Source: a virus
Taxonomy: Duplodnaviria; Caudoviricetes
Direction: 5' to 3' (one strand)
DNA: 58,225 nucleotides
Virus record (IMG/VR): IMGVR_UViG_3300022074_000042
Location: 1 to 58,225 of that record
A model generated the notes under the pieces. The model ran no database searches, had not been told where the DNA came from, and was given only the letters and a program-made list of their open reading frames with translations. Positions within the stretch are counted from its first letter, which is position 1. Each line of letters begins with the position of its first letter. A program made the position numbers and the translations under genes. Shown piece after piece: positions 18,910-27,902 of this stretch.

Positions 18910-19992
18910 CTATTCTTCCCCAAAAACAAGGGATAAAATAGCTTCAGTAGTTTTCTTATACGTCATATTGTCCCCCATTTTGACACCCTCTGTGTTAACC
19001 TGTCCTACTTTAGATTCAGCTTTTTCCATAGCGGAGACAGCTTCATCTTCAGACCATGTATAAAAAACACCATTGTTGAAATCATTTTGTTTAGTAAAAA
19101 ATACTCCGTCTTCACACGGTGTTGTTCCAGATGATTCAATCAAGATTGAGTTTTCTTCAGTAGCCCAATCTTTGTGAGATGTTTCATTTAAAACCACACT
19201 CCACTTACCTAAACAAGTAGCATTGAAAGCTGGTATGTTCCAACCTTCTCCTCCAGATAAACCTGTGAGGTCAATATCTATAGCATTTAAAAACTCATTT
19301 ACTTCAGAATTCTTAGCTAATCTTGGAATGATGTTTAGATTGTTGTAGTTTACCCCTTGTGTGACATCATTCCAAACTCCTTGCATTTGTTCTTGATTCA
19401 AAAAGGGATTGTTTACACAACAGGAAAGTTGATACTTGGGATCGTTACCATACTTTTTTAACCAAGTTTGTATAATTTTTTTAGTATGTTTTCTGTTCTC
19501 ATATTTACCCATGAGACCAAAATGTATGACATCTTTTAGATATTCTCTCCCAGTGATATGAAAATCTTCATCAAAACCAAGAGGGATAAATTTAGTATTT
19601 GCAAGACCTTTGTCTTTAAAAAGATTTTCAGCATATTTAGAAGAAAAGATAATAGTGTCTTGAAGACCAGCTATCTTGATTTCTAATTCTGTAGGTTCGC
19701 TACATTCATAAAATGAAAACAAATGTTGATCTTTAGTCTTTCTGTTTTCAGAACCATTTAAATGCCATAATTTAAAGGTGGGTGTTAATTTTGAAATTAA
19801 TCTCCATCTGTTGTTTACAGCATCTTCAATATATTTTTTAAGATCATCATTTACATCAAAAGCAGATAAATCTGGGTCACCTGTTGGAAAGATGCCCAGA
19901 TTTACTTCTAGCTTATGAAGCTCTCTGATAATGTTAAAACTAACATTACCAAAGCTCAAACTATTTAAGGGAGCTTCTAATATTAAATTCAT
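18910..19992 (-). CDS. Glycosyltransferase, GT4 (GT-B)
   Basis: IPLGFD, GKYENRK, SGGEGWNIPAFNATCLGK. Confidence 0.8.
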   Translation of the reverse strand: MNLILEAPLNSLSFGNVSFNIIRELHKLEVNLGIFPTGDPDLSAFDVNDDLKKYIEDAVNNRWRLISKLTPTFKLWHLNGSENRKTKDQHLFSFYECSEPTELEIKIAGLQDTIIFSSKYAENLFKDKGLANTKFIPLGFDEDFHITGREYLKDVIHFGLMGKYENRKHTKKIIQTWLKKYGNDPKYQLSCCVNNPFLNQEQMQGVWNDVTQGVNYNNLNIIPRLAKNSEVNEFLNAIDIDLTGLSGGEGWNIPAFNATCLGKWSVVLNETSHKDWATEENSILIESSGTTPCEDGVFFTKQNDFNNGVFYTWSEDEAVSAMEKAESKVGQVNTEGVKMGDNMTYKKTTEAILSLVFGEE

Positions 19993-20360
19993 TAAAATGG
20001 AACATCGTCACCTTGAACATCTTTAGAGCCTCCGTCTCCGTCTCCCTCTCCCTCGGACTTTTTAGAACTCAAAAACTGAAGATCTTTTCCACGAACAAAG
20101 TATTTACTGAATTTTTTACCATCCTTTTCCCAAGATGACATGCAGAGTTCTCCATTCACAATAAACTCTCTACCTTTTGACAAGTATTTTTCAGCAATCT
20201 CTGCTGTCTTGTCCCAATATTCAACATCTACGAAACACTTAGTTTTTGCATTAGATGTGGAGATACCAGCTCTTAGGCTGACTACTTTTTTACCATTATT
20301 GGTGGTTCTTACTTCTGGGTCTTTAACCAGATATGCTGCGGCTGTAATAGAATTATACAT
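19992..20360 (-). CDS. ssb: Single-stranded DNA-binding protein
   Basis: LVKDPEVRTT, WDKTAE, YLSKG, WEKDG and an acidic DDVPF tail. Confidence 0.93.
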   Translation of the reverse strand: MYNSITAAAYLVKDPEVRTTNNGKKVVSLRAGISTSNAKTKCFVDVEYWDKTAEIAEKYLSKGREFIVNGELCMSSWEKDGKKFSKYFVRGKDLQFLSSKKSEGEGDGDGGSKDVQGDDVPF

Positions 20361-20964
20361 AATTTGCTTCTTTTTTTACTTTGTTAATAAATTTGTTGTG
20401 AATATTGATACACCCTTGGATGCTTAAGTCAAGATTTTCTGCTATAGATCTCCAAGGGGTGAGTTTATTATTAGCCGATCCATAACGCATGTCAACTATT
20501 TTTTTAACTCTTTCGTCTTCTTCGCTTTCCAAACACTTTTCAAACACATCTAAAGCCTCTTCTTTGTTGATATCTCCTATAAAAGAATCACAACTAGGCT
20601 CTATGTAAGTATTCTCATCGTCGATAAAATATTCCCTATTTTTCTTCTTCTTGTTCAATGCGTTAAGACATTTCCACTTAGTTTGGTTGGCCAAATGAGT
20701 AGAAAATTTAGTATTCCTCGAAGGATCGTAGTTCAAAGCAGAATCGTAGATTGTCATTTCTTTATCCTCGACAATTAAATTTTTATCCAAGACACATTGA
20801 GGACTCGACATGAAATGGTTCACCATCGTGTGAAATATTCCAGAATGTCGATCTACCAGAGCTATAAGGCTTTCCTGATCGGCATTATCGTCTTGTATTT
20901 TAGAAATTAGTGTCAGATCGCTTTCCACTGAACCAATTCTATCATCTGTATTTCCTTTTTCCAC
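20353..20964 (-). CDS. Phage RNA polymerase sigma factor (sigma70 regions 2 and 4)
   Basis: SDLTLI...ALVDRH, YDPSRNTKFSTHL (region 2) and MRYG...TPWRSIAENLDLS (region 4 HTH). Alternative GTG start at 20928. Confidence 0.85.
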   Translation of the reverse strand: MEKGNTDDRIGSVESDLTLISKIQDDNADQESLIALVDRHSGIFHTMVNHFMSSPQCVLDKNLIVEDKEMTIYDSALNYDPSRNTKFSTHLANQTKWKCLNALNKKKKNREYFIDDENTYIEPSCDSFIGDINKEEALDVFEKCLESEEDERVKKIVDMRYGSANNKLTPWRSIAENLDLSIQGCINIHNKFINKVKKEANYV

Positions 20965-21085
20965 AGAAATTAAAAAAATCTGATTATATTTTATAATATA
21001 TTTATAAAACGTATACGATACAGTATAACGTTTACTTTACCTATAACGTAATAGGTAAGAATTACGTTTATCCCGTTTCACGGTT
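20965..21085. repeat. AT-rich tract, four regularly spaced ACGT-core repeats and hairpins (candidate origin or structured leader)
   Basis: ACGT at 21009, 21028, 21046 and 21064 (spacing 19/18/18). Perfect inverted repeat TTACCTAT/ATAGGTAA at 21037-21058. Nearly pure A/T at 20965-21008. Confidence 0.6.
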
Positions 21086-21113
21086 ATTATACTTCTTCTT
21101 AATTGTTTGTCAA
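21086..21113 (-). promoter_or_regulatory. Consensus sigma70 promoter TTGACA-16-TATAAT driving the sigma-ssb-GT4-hsp20 operon
   Basis: Perfect hexamers on the minus strand, with a long A/T tract (UP-like) upstream. Confidence 0.85.
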
Positions 21114-21167
21114 CAAAAAAAATTTTTTACGAAATGTTGTATTTGAGCTTGCCTTCGATCAGGACTA

Positions 21168-21175
21168 AGTGTAAA
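21168..21175 (+). promoter_or_regulatory. AGTGTAAA motif before nrdB (TTGCCT-17-TAAAAT also readable)
   Basis: 11 nt upstream of ATG 21187. Confidence 0.5.
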
Positions 21176-21186
21176 ATCTTGTAACC

Positions 21187-22158
21187 ATGATTTTTGAAGA
21201 ACAAGTATCGAGGAAGCCCGATCATTACCCTTGGGCGCAGGAGTTTATTGAGGCAATGCACAACGGTTTTTGGACCGATAAGGAATTCAGTTTTAGTAGT
21301 GATGTTCAAGATTTTAACGTGAATTTATCACCAGATGAAAAAGAAATGGTAATTAGAACCCTGTCTGCCATTGGTCAGATCGAAGTAGCTGTCAAAAAAT
21401 TCTGGAGCAAACTCGGGGACAATTTACCACACCCGAGTTTAACCGACTTGGGATATGTTATGGCTAATATTGAAGTTATCCATAATAATGCTTATGAAAG
21501 ACTGTTGAAGGTTTTGGGGTTAGAAGATATTTTTGAGAAAAACTTGGAGCTTGATTTTATTGAGGGGAGAGTTAAATATCTCCGTAAGTATAACCACAAA
21601 TTTTACAAAGATTCAAAGAAACAGTATGTTTATTCTATCATTCTGTTTACCCTGTTTGTAGAAAATGTATCTTTGTTTAGTCAGTTTTACATCATCAATT
21701 GGTTCAACCGCTACCGCAATGTGTTGAAGGATACTGGCCAGCAAGTGAAATACACTCGTAATGAAGAGAATATTCACGCTCTTGCTGGTATTAAAATCAT
21801 TAACACTATTCGCAGTGAGCATCCTGAACTTTTTGATGATGAGTTAGAAGAAAGAATTGCTAGTGAAGCTAAAGCTGCTTTTGTAGCAGAAAGCCAAATT
21901 GTTGATTGGATGATTAATGGCTTTAATGAGAAAGGATTGAATGCTGATATTCTTAAAGAGTTTATAAAAAATAGAATTAATGACTCTTTGGAAAAAATTG
22001 GTTTTCATTCGGCGTTTGATGTTGACACTTCATTGTTGGAAGATACAATGTGGTTCGAAGAAGAATTGATGGGCAATAATGCCACTGATTTTTTCCACTC
22101 AAGACCAGTGGAATATTCAAAAAATTCTCAAACATTTGACGCTGACGATCTTTTCTAA
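21187..22158 (+). CDS. nrdB: Ribonucleotide reductase beta subunit (NrdBi, class Id-like)
   Basis: Ferritin-like ligand motifs QIEVAVK, EVIHNNAY, VENVSLFSQF, EENIH, and C-terminal DFFHSRPVEY. Confidence 0.93.
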   Translation: MIFEEQVSRKPDHYPWAQEFIEAMHNGFWTDKEFSFSSDVQDFNVNLSPDEKEMVIRTLSAIGQIEVAVKKFWSKLGDNLPHPSLTDLGYVMANIEVIHNNAYERLLKVLGLEDIFEKNLELDFIEGRVKYLRKYNHKFYKDSKKQYVYSIILFTLFVENVSLFSQFYIINWFNRYRNVLKDTGQQVKYTRNEENIHALAGIKIINTIRSEHPELFDDELEERIASEAKAAFVAESQIVDWMINGFNEKGLNADILKEFIKNRINDSLEKIGFHSAFDVDTSLLEDTMWFEEELMGNNATDFFHSRPVEYSKNSQTFDADDLF

Positions 22159-23804
22159 TGAAAAAATATAAATGGCTTAACAAGGATGCCCGTGACTTCT
22201 TAAAAAGAGGTTATCTCCAAACTGGAGAAACTGCTGAAAAGAGAGGTGAAGATATTGCAATATCTGCTGAAAAATCTCTTAAGATAAAAGGTTTTGCGGA
22301 TAAATTTGAGGATTACCTTTCTAGAGGTTTTTATTCTTTATCTAGTCCTATTTGGGCTAACTTTGGAAGAGAGAGGGGATTACCTATATCTTGTAATGGG
22401 GTGTATATTGAAGACCGCATGGATGCTATCCTTGACAAGCAAGCTGAAGTCGGTATGCAAACCAAACATGGGTCAGGAACATCAGCTTATTTTGGAGACT
22501 TAAGATCTAGGGGCGCAGATATTTCTGCTGGGGGAACATCCAGTGGTCCTATTCACTTCATGGAGCTTTTCGATAAAGTTACATCTGTTGTTTCTCAAAG
22601 TAATGTCCGAAGAGGATCTTTTGCTGCTTACCTACCGATAGACCATCCTGATATTTCTGAATTTCTTAGGATTAGATCAGAGGGTAACGCTATCCAAGAA
22701 ATGTCATTTGCTGTCTGTATCACTGACGAGTGGATGAGGTCTATGATTGAAGGAGATAGGAAAAAACGTTCCACTTGGGCTAACGTAGTCAAAAAAAGAT
22801 TCGAAACTGGTTACCCTTATATTTTCTTTACAGATACTGCAAACGTCAATGCTCCCAAACCTTACAAAGATAAAAAACTTAAAATTCACGCCTCTAATCT
22901 TTGCAGCGAAATATTCTTGCACTCATCTGAAGAGGAGTCTTTTGTTTGTTGTCTATCCTCACTAAACTTACTGAAGTGGGATGAAATTGTAGAGACTGAT
23001 GCTGTAGAAACTTTAACTTACTTTTTAGATGCAGTTATGGAGGAGTATATCCAAAAAACCAAGGATATCCCCTTCATGAAAGCTTCTCACAATTTTGCAA
23101 AAAAACAAAGAGCTTTAGGATTGGGTGTTTTAGGTTGGCATTCTTATCTGCAATCAAAAATGATTTCTTTCGAAAGCATGGACGCTAAGTTTTTAAATTC
23201 TGAAATTCATAAAACTATTTCACAAAAATGCGACAAAGCTACAAAAGAATTAGCTGTTTTATTTGGGGAGCCAGAACATCTGGAGGGATATGGGCAAAGA
23301 AACATGACAACAATGGCTATAGCTCCTACGACCTCTAGTTCATTTATTTTAGGACAAGTTTCCCCTTCTATAGAACCCTTAAACAGTAACTATTTTACAA
23401 AGGATTTAGCTAAAGGTAAGTTCACATACAAGAACCCTTACCTAGAATCCTTGTTAGAAGAGAAGAAAAAGAACACCCAGACTACTTGGAAATCTATCCT
23501 TATCAAAGGAGGCTCTGTCCAGCATCTAGATTTTCTTTCAGATGAAGAGAAAGCTGTATTTAAAACTTTTGGAGAAATCTCTCAAAAAGAAGTTGTGATT
23601 CAAGCAGCCCAAAGACAAAAATTTATTGATCAAGGACAAAGCTTAAATGTTATGGTATCTCCAAAATGCCCACCGAAACAGGCTAGTGAATTGCTTATAT
23701 TCGGTTGGGAACAGGGCGTAAAAAGCTTTTATTATCAAAGGAGTGCAAATCCTAGTCAAGAATTAGCAAGATCTATACTAAATTGCTCTTCTTGTGAGGG
23801 ATAA
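22158..23804 (+). CDS. nrdA: Ribonucleotide reductase alpha subunit, short and without an ATP cone
   Basis: PISC, RRGSFAAYL, SNLCSEI, AIAPTTSSS, DQGQSLN, KSFYY and C-terminal CSSCEG. Confidence 0.95.
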   Translation: MKKYKWLNKDARDFLKRGYLQTGETAEKRGEDIAISAEKSLKIKGFADKFEDYLSRGFYSLSSPIWANFGRERGLPISCNGVYIEDRMDAILDKQAEVGMQTKHGSGTSAYFGDLRSRGADISAGGTSSGPIHFMELFDKVTSVVSQSNVRRGSFAAYLPIDHPDISEFLRIRSEGNAIQEMSFAVCITDEWMRSMIEGDRKKRSTWANVVKKRFETGYPYIFFTDTANVNAPKPYKDKKLKIHASNLCSEIFLHSSEEESFVCCLSSLNLLKWDEIVETDAVETLTYFLDAVMEEYIQKTKDIPFMKASHNFAKKQRALGLGVLGWHSYLQSKMISFESMDAKFLNSEIHKTISQKCDKATKELAVLFGEPEHLEGYGQRNMTTMAIAPTTSSSFILGQVSPSIEPLNSNYFTKDLAKGKFTYKNPYLESLLEEKKKNTQTTWKSILIKGGSVQHLDFLSDEEKAVFKTFGEISQKEVVIQAAQRQKFIDQGQSLNVMVSPKCPPKQASELLIFGWEQGVKSFYYQRSANPSQELARSILNCSSCEG

Positions 23805-23825
23805 TATTCATTTTTAATATTTAAA

Positions 23826-23833
23826 AGTGTAAT
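23826..23833 (+). promoter_or_regulatory. AGTGTAAT late promoter motif
   Basis: Intergenic, before ATG 23843. ATTCAT lies 22 nt upstream of TGTAA, the same offset as TTTCAC in the 61-91 element. Confidence 0.55.
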
Positions 23834-23842
23834 AAATTCTTG

Positions 23843-24823
23843 ATGGAATACGACTTTTCAGACCAAGCAAAAAACTTTTTAGAAAGCCAGAGCGCTAAAC
23901 GTAAAGGTCCACGCAGTTCTGCTCAAACTCCCGCAAAACCCTCGGAGCGTAAAAAGGGATCTAAAAAGAACCCTAAAGGTTCCGCAGGTGGAGACAAAAA
24001 AGCTCCATCTATTACTTTTTCTGAAAAAGTTATTACTGCCCTCAAGAATAAAGTCAAAGAACATAACGAGAAATATTCTAAAAAAGTCACTCTTGGCCAA
24101 CTTAAAAAGGTATACAGGAGAGGTTCGGGTGCGTTTTCTAGCAGTCACCGTCCTGGAAAAAGTAGAGGTCAGTGGTCTATGGCTCGCGTAAATACATTTT
24201 TAAAAATGGTGCGTGGAGGTAAAGTAAAAGAATCTTATAGAGCTGCTGATGGCGACATTGCTAGAGGAAGTGAAGATTACTACAACGAGGAACATGGAGA
24301 GGGTTATGTTGACTACAATGAATTAGATTTTGGTCTTGCTAAAATAGATCTCTTAAAAGCTGGTGCTACCGAAGAAGAGATGAATCAAGAGATAGAAGAT
24401 TTAGACTACTCTGAAGCAGAAAAAAAAACTTTAAATAAACCTTTTCGATTACCTTCTGGTTCCAAAAAGAAATTTGGAGTTTATGTAAAAAACCCCAAAG
24501 GTAATATAGTCATGGTAAAGTTTGGTGATCCTAATATGGAAATCAAGCGAGACGATCCCGCTAGACGCAGAAATTTCAGAGCGCGTCATAAATGTGACTC
24601 AAACCCAGGACCGAAACATAAGGCTAGATATTGGTCTTGCAGATTTTGGAGTAAAAAGCCAGTTAGCAAAATGACTTCTAGTGAAGCTTTGGCTTGGGAT
24701 GATGAAGAAGTATTAAGCGAATGGGGTTGGGATGATTCTGAATTCGAGGAATATCATGATTTTTTAGATGCTTATCCATTTCTTAACGAGGTCAAGATAT
24801 CTGTTGAAGAAGAAGGTTTATAG
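23843..24823 (+). CDS. Mosaic basic/acidic phage protein, probably head-associated
   Basis: Two basic modules (LKKVYRRGSGAFSSSHRP...WSMARVN and KKFGVYVK...VKFGDPNMEIKRDDPARRRNFRARHKC) separated by acidic linkers; preceded by the late motif. Confidence 0.45.
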   Translation: MEYDFSDQAKNFLESQSAKRKGPRSSAQTPAKPSERKKGSKKNPKGSAGGDKKAPSITFSEKVITALKNKVKEHNEKYSKKVTLGQLKKVYRRGSGAFSSSHRPGKSRGQWSMARVNTFLKMVRGGKVKESYRAADGDIARGSEDYYNEEHGEGYVDYNELDFGLAKIDLLKAGATEEEMNQEIEDLDYSEAEKKTLNKPFRLPSGSKKKFGVYVKNPKGNIVMVKFGDPNMEIKRDDPARRRNFRARHKCDSNPGPKHKARYWSCRFWSKKPVSKMTSSEALAWDDEEVLSEWGWDDSEFEEYHDFLDAYPFLNEVKISVEEEGL

Positions 24824-24831
24824 GATATAAT
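24804..24831 (+). promoter_or_regulatory. sigma70-like promoter TTGAAG-16-TATAAT at the head of the glycan island
   Basis: Hexamers at 24804-24809 and 24826-24831; ATG 24843 follows. Confidence 0.6.
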
Positions 24832-24842
24832 CATGCATTTGC

Positions 24843-25691
24843 ATGAGAGTATTATTTATATCTGACTTCACACTCGAACAAAGACAAGGTGGCGCTCAAG
24901 TAAGCAATAAATTGCTTATAGATAAAGGCAAAGAGTTGGGTCTTGATATAAAAGAACATCATCACAACTCATCAGTTACTGATTTCCTATCGTCTTATGA
25001 TTTAGTGGTTAATTCTAATTTAGAAGCTATTAGTAAAATAACTCCTCCAAAAATACCTTTGATTATTAAATCTCCTAATTCTGTTAGGTTGGAGCATGAC
25101 TCTTGTAGTTATTTAGACAATGACACAAGAAAGCTTTTGTTTTCTAAATCTAAAAAGAATTTTTTTTTAAGTAATTATCATTACAATTATTTTAAACATT
25201 TGTATGGGGATTACTTTCACAATGTAGAAATTGTCTACGACCCTATCGACACTTCTAAGTTTAAAAAATCGGACCATGAAAAAACATATGATGTGGTTTA
25301 TTGTGGTTACTTACATCCACTTAAAGGTTTAAACAACTTACTTCGGTTCGCGAAGCAACATACAGATAGGCAAATTGATATTTTTGGATGGGGAGAACTT
25401 TCTCCTCAAGAAACTTTTAAAGGTTATGATAATATTAAGTTTAATGGTGAGGTAAAATATGAAGAAATTCCTTCGATATTCCAATCAGCGAAAGCTATTT
25501 TTCATCAACCTATAGTAAATGAACCATTTTGCAGAATGGTAGGCGAGGCGATTTTATGCGGTGTGGAGGAAATTATAGGTGACAAATCAAAAATAGGAGC
25601 CTACATTGAATTCAATGATGTTGGTTATGAAAACTTTAGAGACGGCTGCGAAAACGCTCCATCTATATTTTGGGAAAGGGCTTTAAAATGA
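24843..25691 (+). CDS. Glycosyltransferase, GT4
   Basis: GGAQ, PIDTSKF, GYLHPLKG, EPFCRMVGEAILCG. Confidence 0.85.
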   Translation: MRVLFISDFTLEQRQGGAQVSNKLLIDKGKELGLDIKEHHHNSSVTDFLSSYDLVVNSNLEAISKITPPKIPLIIKSPNSVRLEHDSCSYLDNDTRKLLFSKSKKNFFLSNYHYNYFKHLYGDYFHNVEIVYDPIDTSKFKKSDHEKTYDVVYCGYLHPLKGLNNLLRFAKQHTDRQIDIFGWGELSPQETFKGYDNIKFNGEVKYEEIPSIFQSAKAIFHQPIVNEPFCRMVGEAILCGVEEIIGDKSKIGAYIEFNDVGYENFRDGCENAPSIFWERALK

Positions 25692-26533
25692 ATTTTGTTT
25701 GTGGAACTTATTTTAAGCATCAATGCGGCTTACAGTTAACGGATTATAAAAATGCCAGAGATTCTGTTTTTGTTAATTTCCAAAATGAATATTTAGACAA
25801 CAATCTTGTATTTTGCAAACCCGAATATCTAAGTTTATTAAATACTTATTTAAAAATAGGTTCTGTGAAAATCCCTGATGTATTTGATCTAGTTACCCAT
25901 AATTCTGACATTAATTTTGGCGCTCAAGAGATTGATTATGTATTAGATTTATTCCCAAATATTAATAATTGGTATACTCAAAACTTAACGTTTAATCATC
26001 CTCAATTAAAGCCTATTCCTATAGGAATCGCTAATCCTAAATGGTCTCATGGTAATCAACCAAGGTTTCTTGAGATTATGGAGGAGAATCAAGATAAGCA
26101 GAATAAAGTCTATGTTAATTTTAATGTCTCTACCAATCCTCCAGCCAGACATGATTGTTTAAATAAAATATCAGATCAATACCGTCCTCAAAATAAAAAA
26201 AATTATCCCAATGCGGCCTCGATACAAGATCATGACGATTTTGTGGAATCCACTCAAAAAGATTATTTAAGAAGTATAGCTAAATCTTACTTCACAGTTT
26301 CTCCTGTGGGTAATGGTTTAGATTGTCATAAAACTTGGGAAGCCATCTATATGAAAAGTGTTCCTATCGTCACTAGATGGCATGGGGTAGAAAAGTTTAA
26401 AGAAATGGGAATACCTATTCTAATCATAGACGATTGGTCTGAATTAAAAGACTTAGATCTTTCAGAAGACAATTATAAAAACATATGGGGAGATTTTAAT
26501 GTAAATTCTCTTAATTTTAATTTATTTAAATAA
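25688..26533 (+). CDS. Exostosin/GT47-like glycosyltransferase
   Basis: THNSD, PIPIGIAN, FTVSPVGNGLDCHKTWEAIYMKSVPIV. Start taken at the ATG overlapping the upstream stop. Confidence 0.65.
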   Translation: MNFVCGTYFKHQCGLQLTDYKNARDSVFVNFQNEYLDNNLVFCKPEYLSLLNTYLKIGSVKIPDVFDLVTHNSDINFGAQEIDYVLDLFPNINNWYTQNLTFNHPQLKPIPIGIANPKWSHGNQPRFLEIMEENQDKQNKVYVNFNVSTNPPARHDCLNKISDQYRPQNKKNYPNAASIQDHDDFVESTQKDYLRSIAKSYFTVSPVGNGLDCHKTWEAIYMKSVPIVTRWHGVEKFKEMGIPILIIDDWSELKDLDLSEDNYKNIWGDFNVNSLNFNLFK

Positions 26534-27168
26534 TGAAAAGTAGAAGCAGAGAATCGCACGATAATACTATGTATAATTTGCATGGTTTAGAATTTTGGGA
26601 AAAACATAACAAAGAACATATTGACCAAGCTTTTGATAATGAAGAGTTAAAAGTAGGCCGACTTTTGGAAAAAAATCCATCCATAAGAAAAAATGCGATA
26701 GATATAGGAAGCGGTGGAGGATGGATGAGTAAAAAACTTTCTAGTATTTTTGAAAATGTTTATAGCATAGAGCCTTCTTCAAAAGCTGTTAGCTTATGTA
26801 AAAGCTTATATGATTTACCGAACATTAAATGGATAGAGGGCTATGCGGAGGATATTTTAAAAAATGAAGAAATGCCCAAAGAAAATGTTTTTATTAATAC
26901 CTGCTCTGTTTTTATGCATATAGATGATAAAGATTTAATTCCTACTCTTGAGTATATTAACGAAAACTTTACTAACAGTATTTTTAGCTTTCAAGAATTT
27001 TGGTCTGAAGATATACCTTTTAACCAGCCCTTAACGAACTGTAGGACTAAAGCTTGGTGGCAATCTAATTTAAGTAATTGGGATCTAGATTTTCATGGCC
27101 CTAGTATGGCTGAACATGGAGATATGTATAAAAACTTTTTTAAAGGAATTCACGGACGTAAAAAATGA
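26533..27168 (+). CDS. Class I SAM-dependent methyltransferase
   Basis: AIDIGSGGG motif I, SIEPS, and SVFMHI. Confidence 0.85.
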   Translation: MKSRSRESHDNTMYNLHGLEFWEKHNKEHIDQAFDNEELKVGRLLEKNPSIRKNAIDIGSGGGWMSKKLSSIFENVYSIEPSSKAVSLCKSLYDLPNIKWIEGYAEDILKNEEMPKENVFINTCSVFMHIDDKDLIPTLEYINENFTNSIFSFQEFWSEDIPFNQPLTNCRTKAWWQSNLSNWDLDFHGPSMAEHGDMYKNFFKGIHGRKK

Positions 27169-27902
27169 AAAAAAAAGTTACTTATATTCTAAATACTTGG
27201 CAGCGTCCTCATACTCTTAAGGATCAAGTAGACGCAATTTCTAATCAAACAACAAAATGTGATGAGCTTATGATCTGGCAGAATAAACCAGAAAAAGCAG
27301 AGGATTCATTCATTATCCGAGACGATGAGGGATCTTTAAAAGTTTCTCATAACAATTATAATTATGGAGTTTGGGCTAGATTTGCTTTCGCTTTAAATGC
27401 TAAATCTGATTATATTTGCTTATTAGATGATGACACAATCCCAGGAAGTAAATGGACAGAAAATTGCATTGAAAACATTGAAAAAGAAAACGGCTTATAT
27501 GGAACGGTCGGAGTTGTTTTTGATGATACCAAATATCAATCATTTGAAAGATTTGGGTGGCCGAATCCAAACGAAGAAAAAAAACAAGTTGACATCGTGG
27601 GTCACTCTTGGTTTTTCCATAGGGATCTTTTAAGCGCTTTTTGGAGAGAAACTGGTCCTCCATTAAATAATATCTGTGGAGAGGATGTGCATTTTTCATA
27701 TTCTATACAGAAATATTTAGGATTAAACACTTATGTCCCGCCTCATCCAAAAGAAGATTTAGATCTTTGGGGAAGCAAACCTAAAGAGGCTATGCAATAC
27801 GGTGTTGATAAAAATGCTATTTCAGTCAACTCTAATGGAATTGATTTTGGTTTATCTTTAGATCACTACTATAAAAAAGGATTCAAATTATTGAGGTTGT
27901 AA
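27165..27902 (+). CDS. Glycosyltransferase, GT-A (GT2-like)
   Basis: ILNTWQRP, ICLLDDD (DxD), GEDVHFS. Confidence 0.8.
   Translation: MKKKVTYILNTWQRPHTLKDQVDAISNQTTKCDELMIWQNKPEKAEDSFIIRDDEGSLKVSHNNYNYGVWARFAFALNAKSDYICLLDDDTIPGSKWTENCIENIEKENGLYGTVGVVFDDTKYQSFERFGWPNPNEEKKQVDIVGHSWFFHRDLLSAFWRETGPPLNNICGEDVHFSYSIQKYLGLNTYVPPHPKEDLDLWGSKPKEAMQYGVDKNAISVNSNGIDFGLSLDHYYKKGFKLLRL

Noticed and set aside
21001-21085. Mini CRISPR array
   Set aside because: The repeats are only 6-8 bp with an 18-19 bp period. There is no repeat-spacer architecture and no cas operon.
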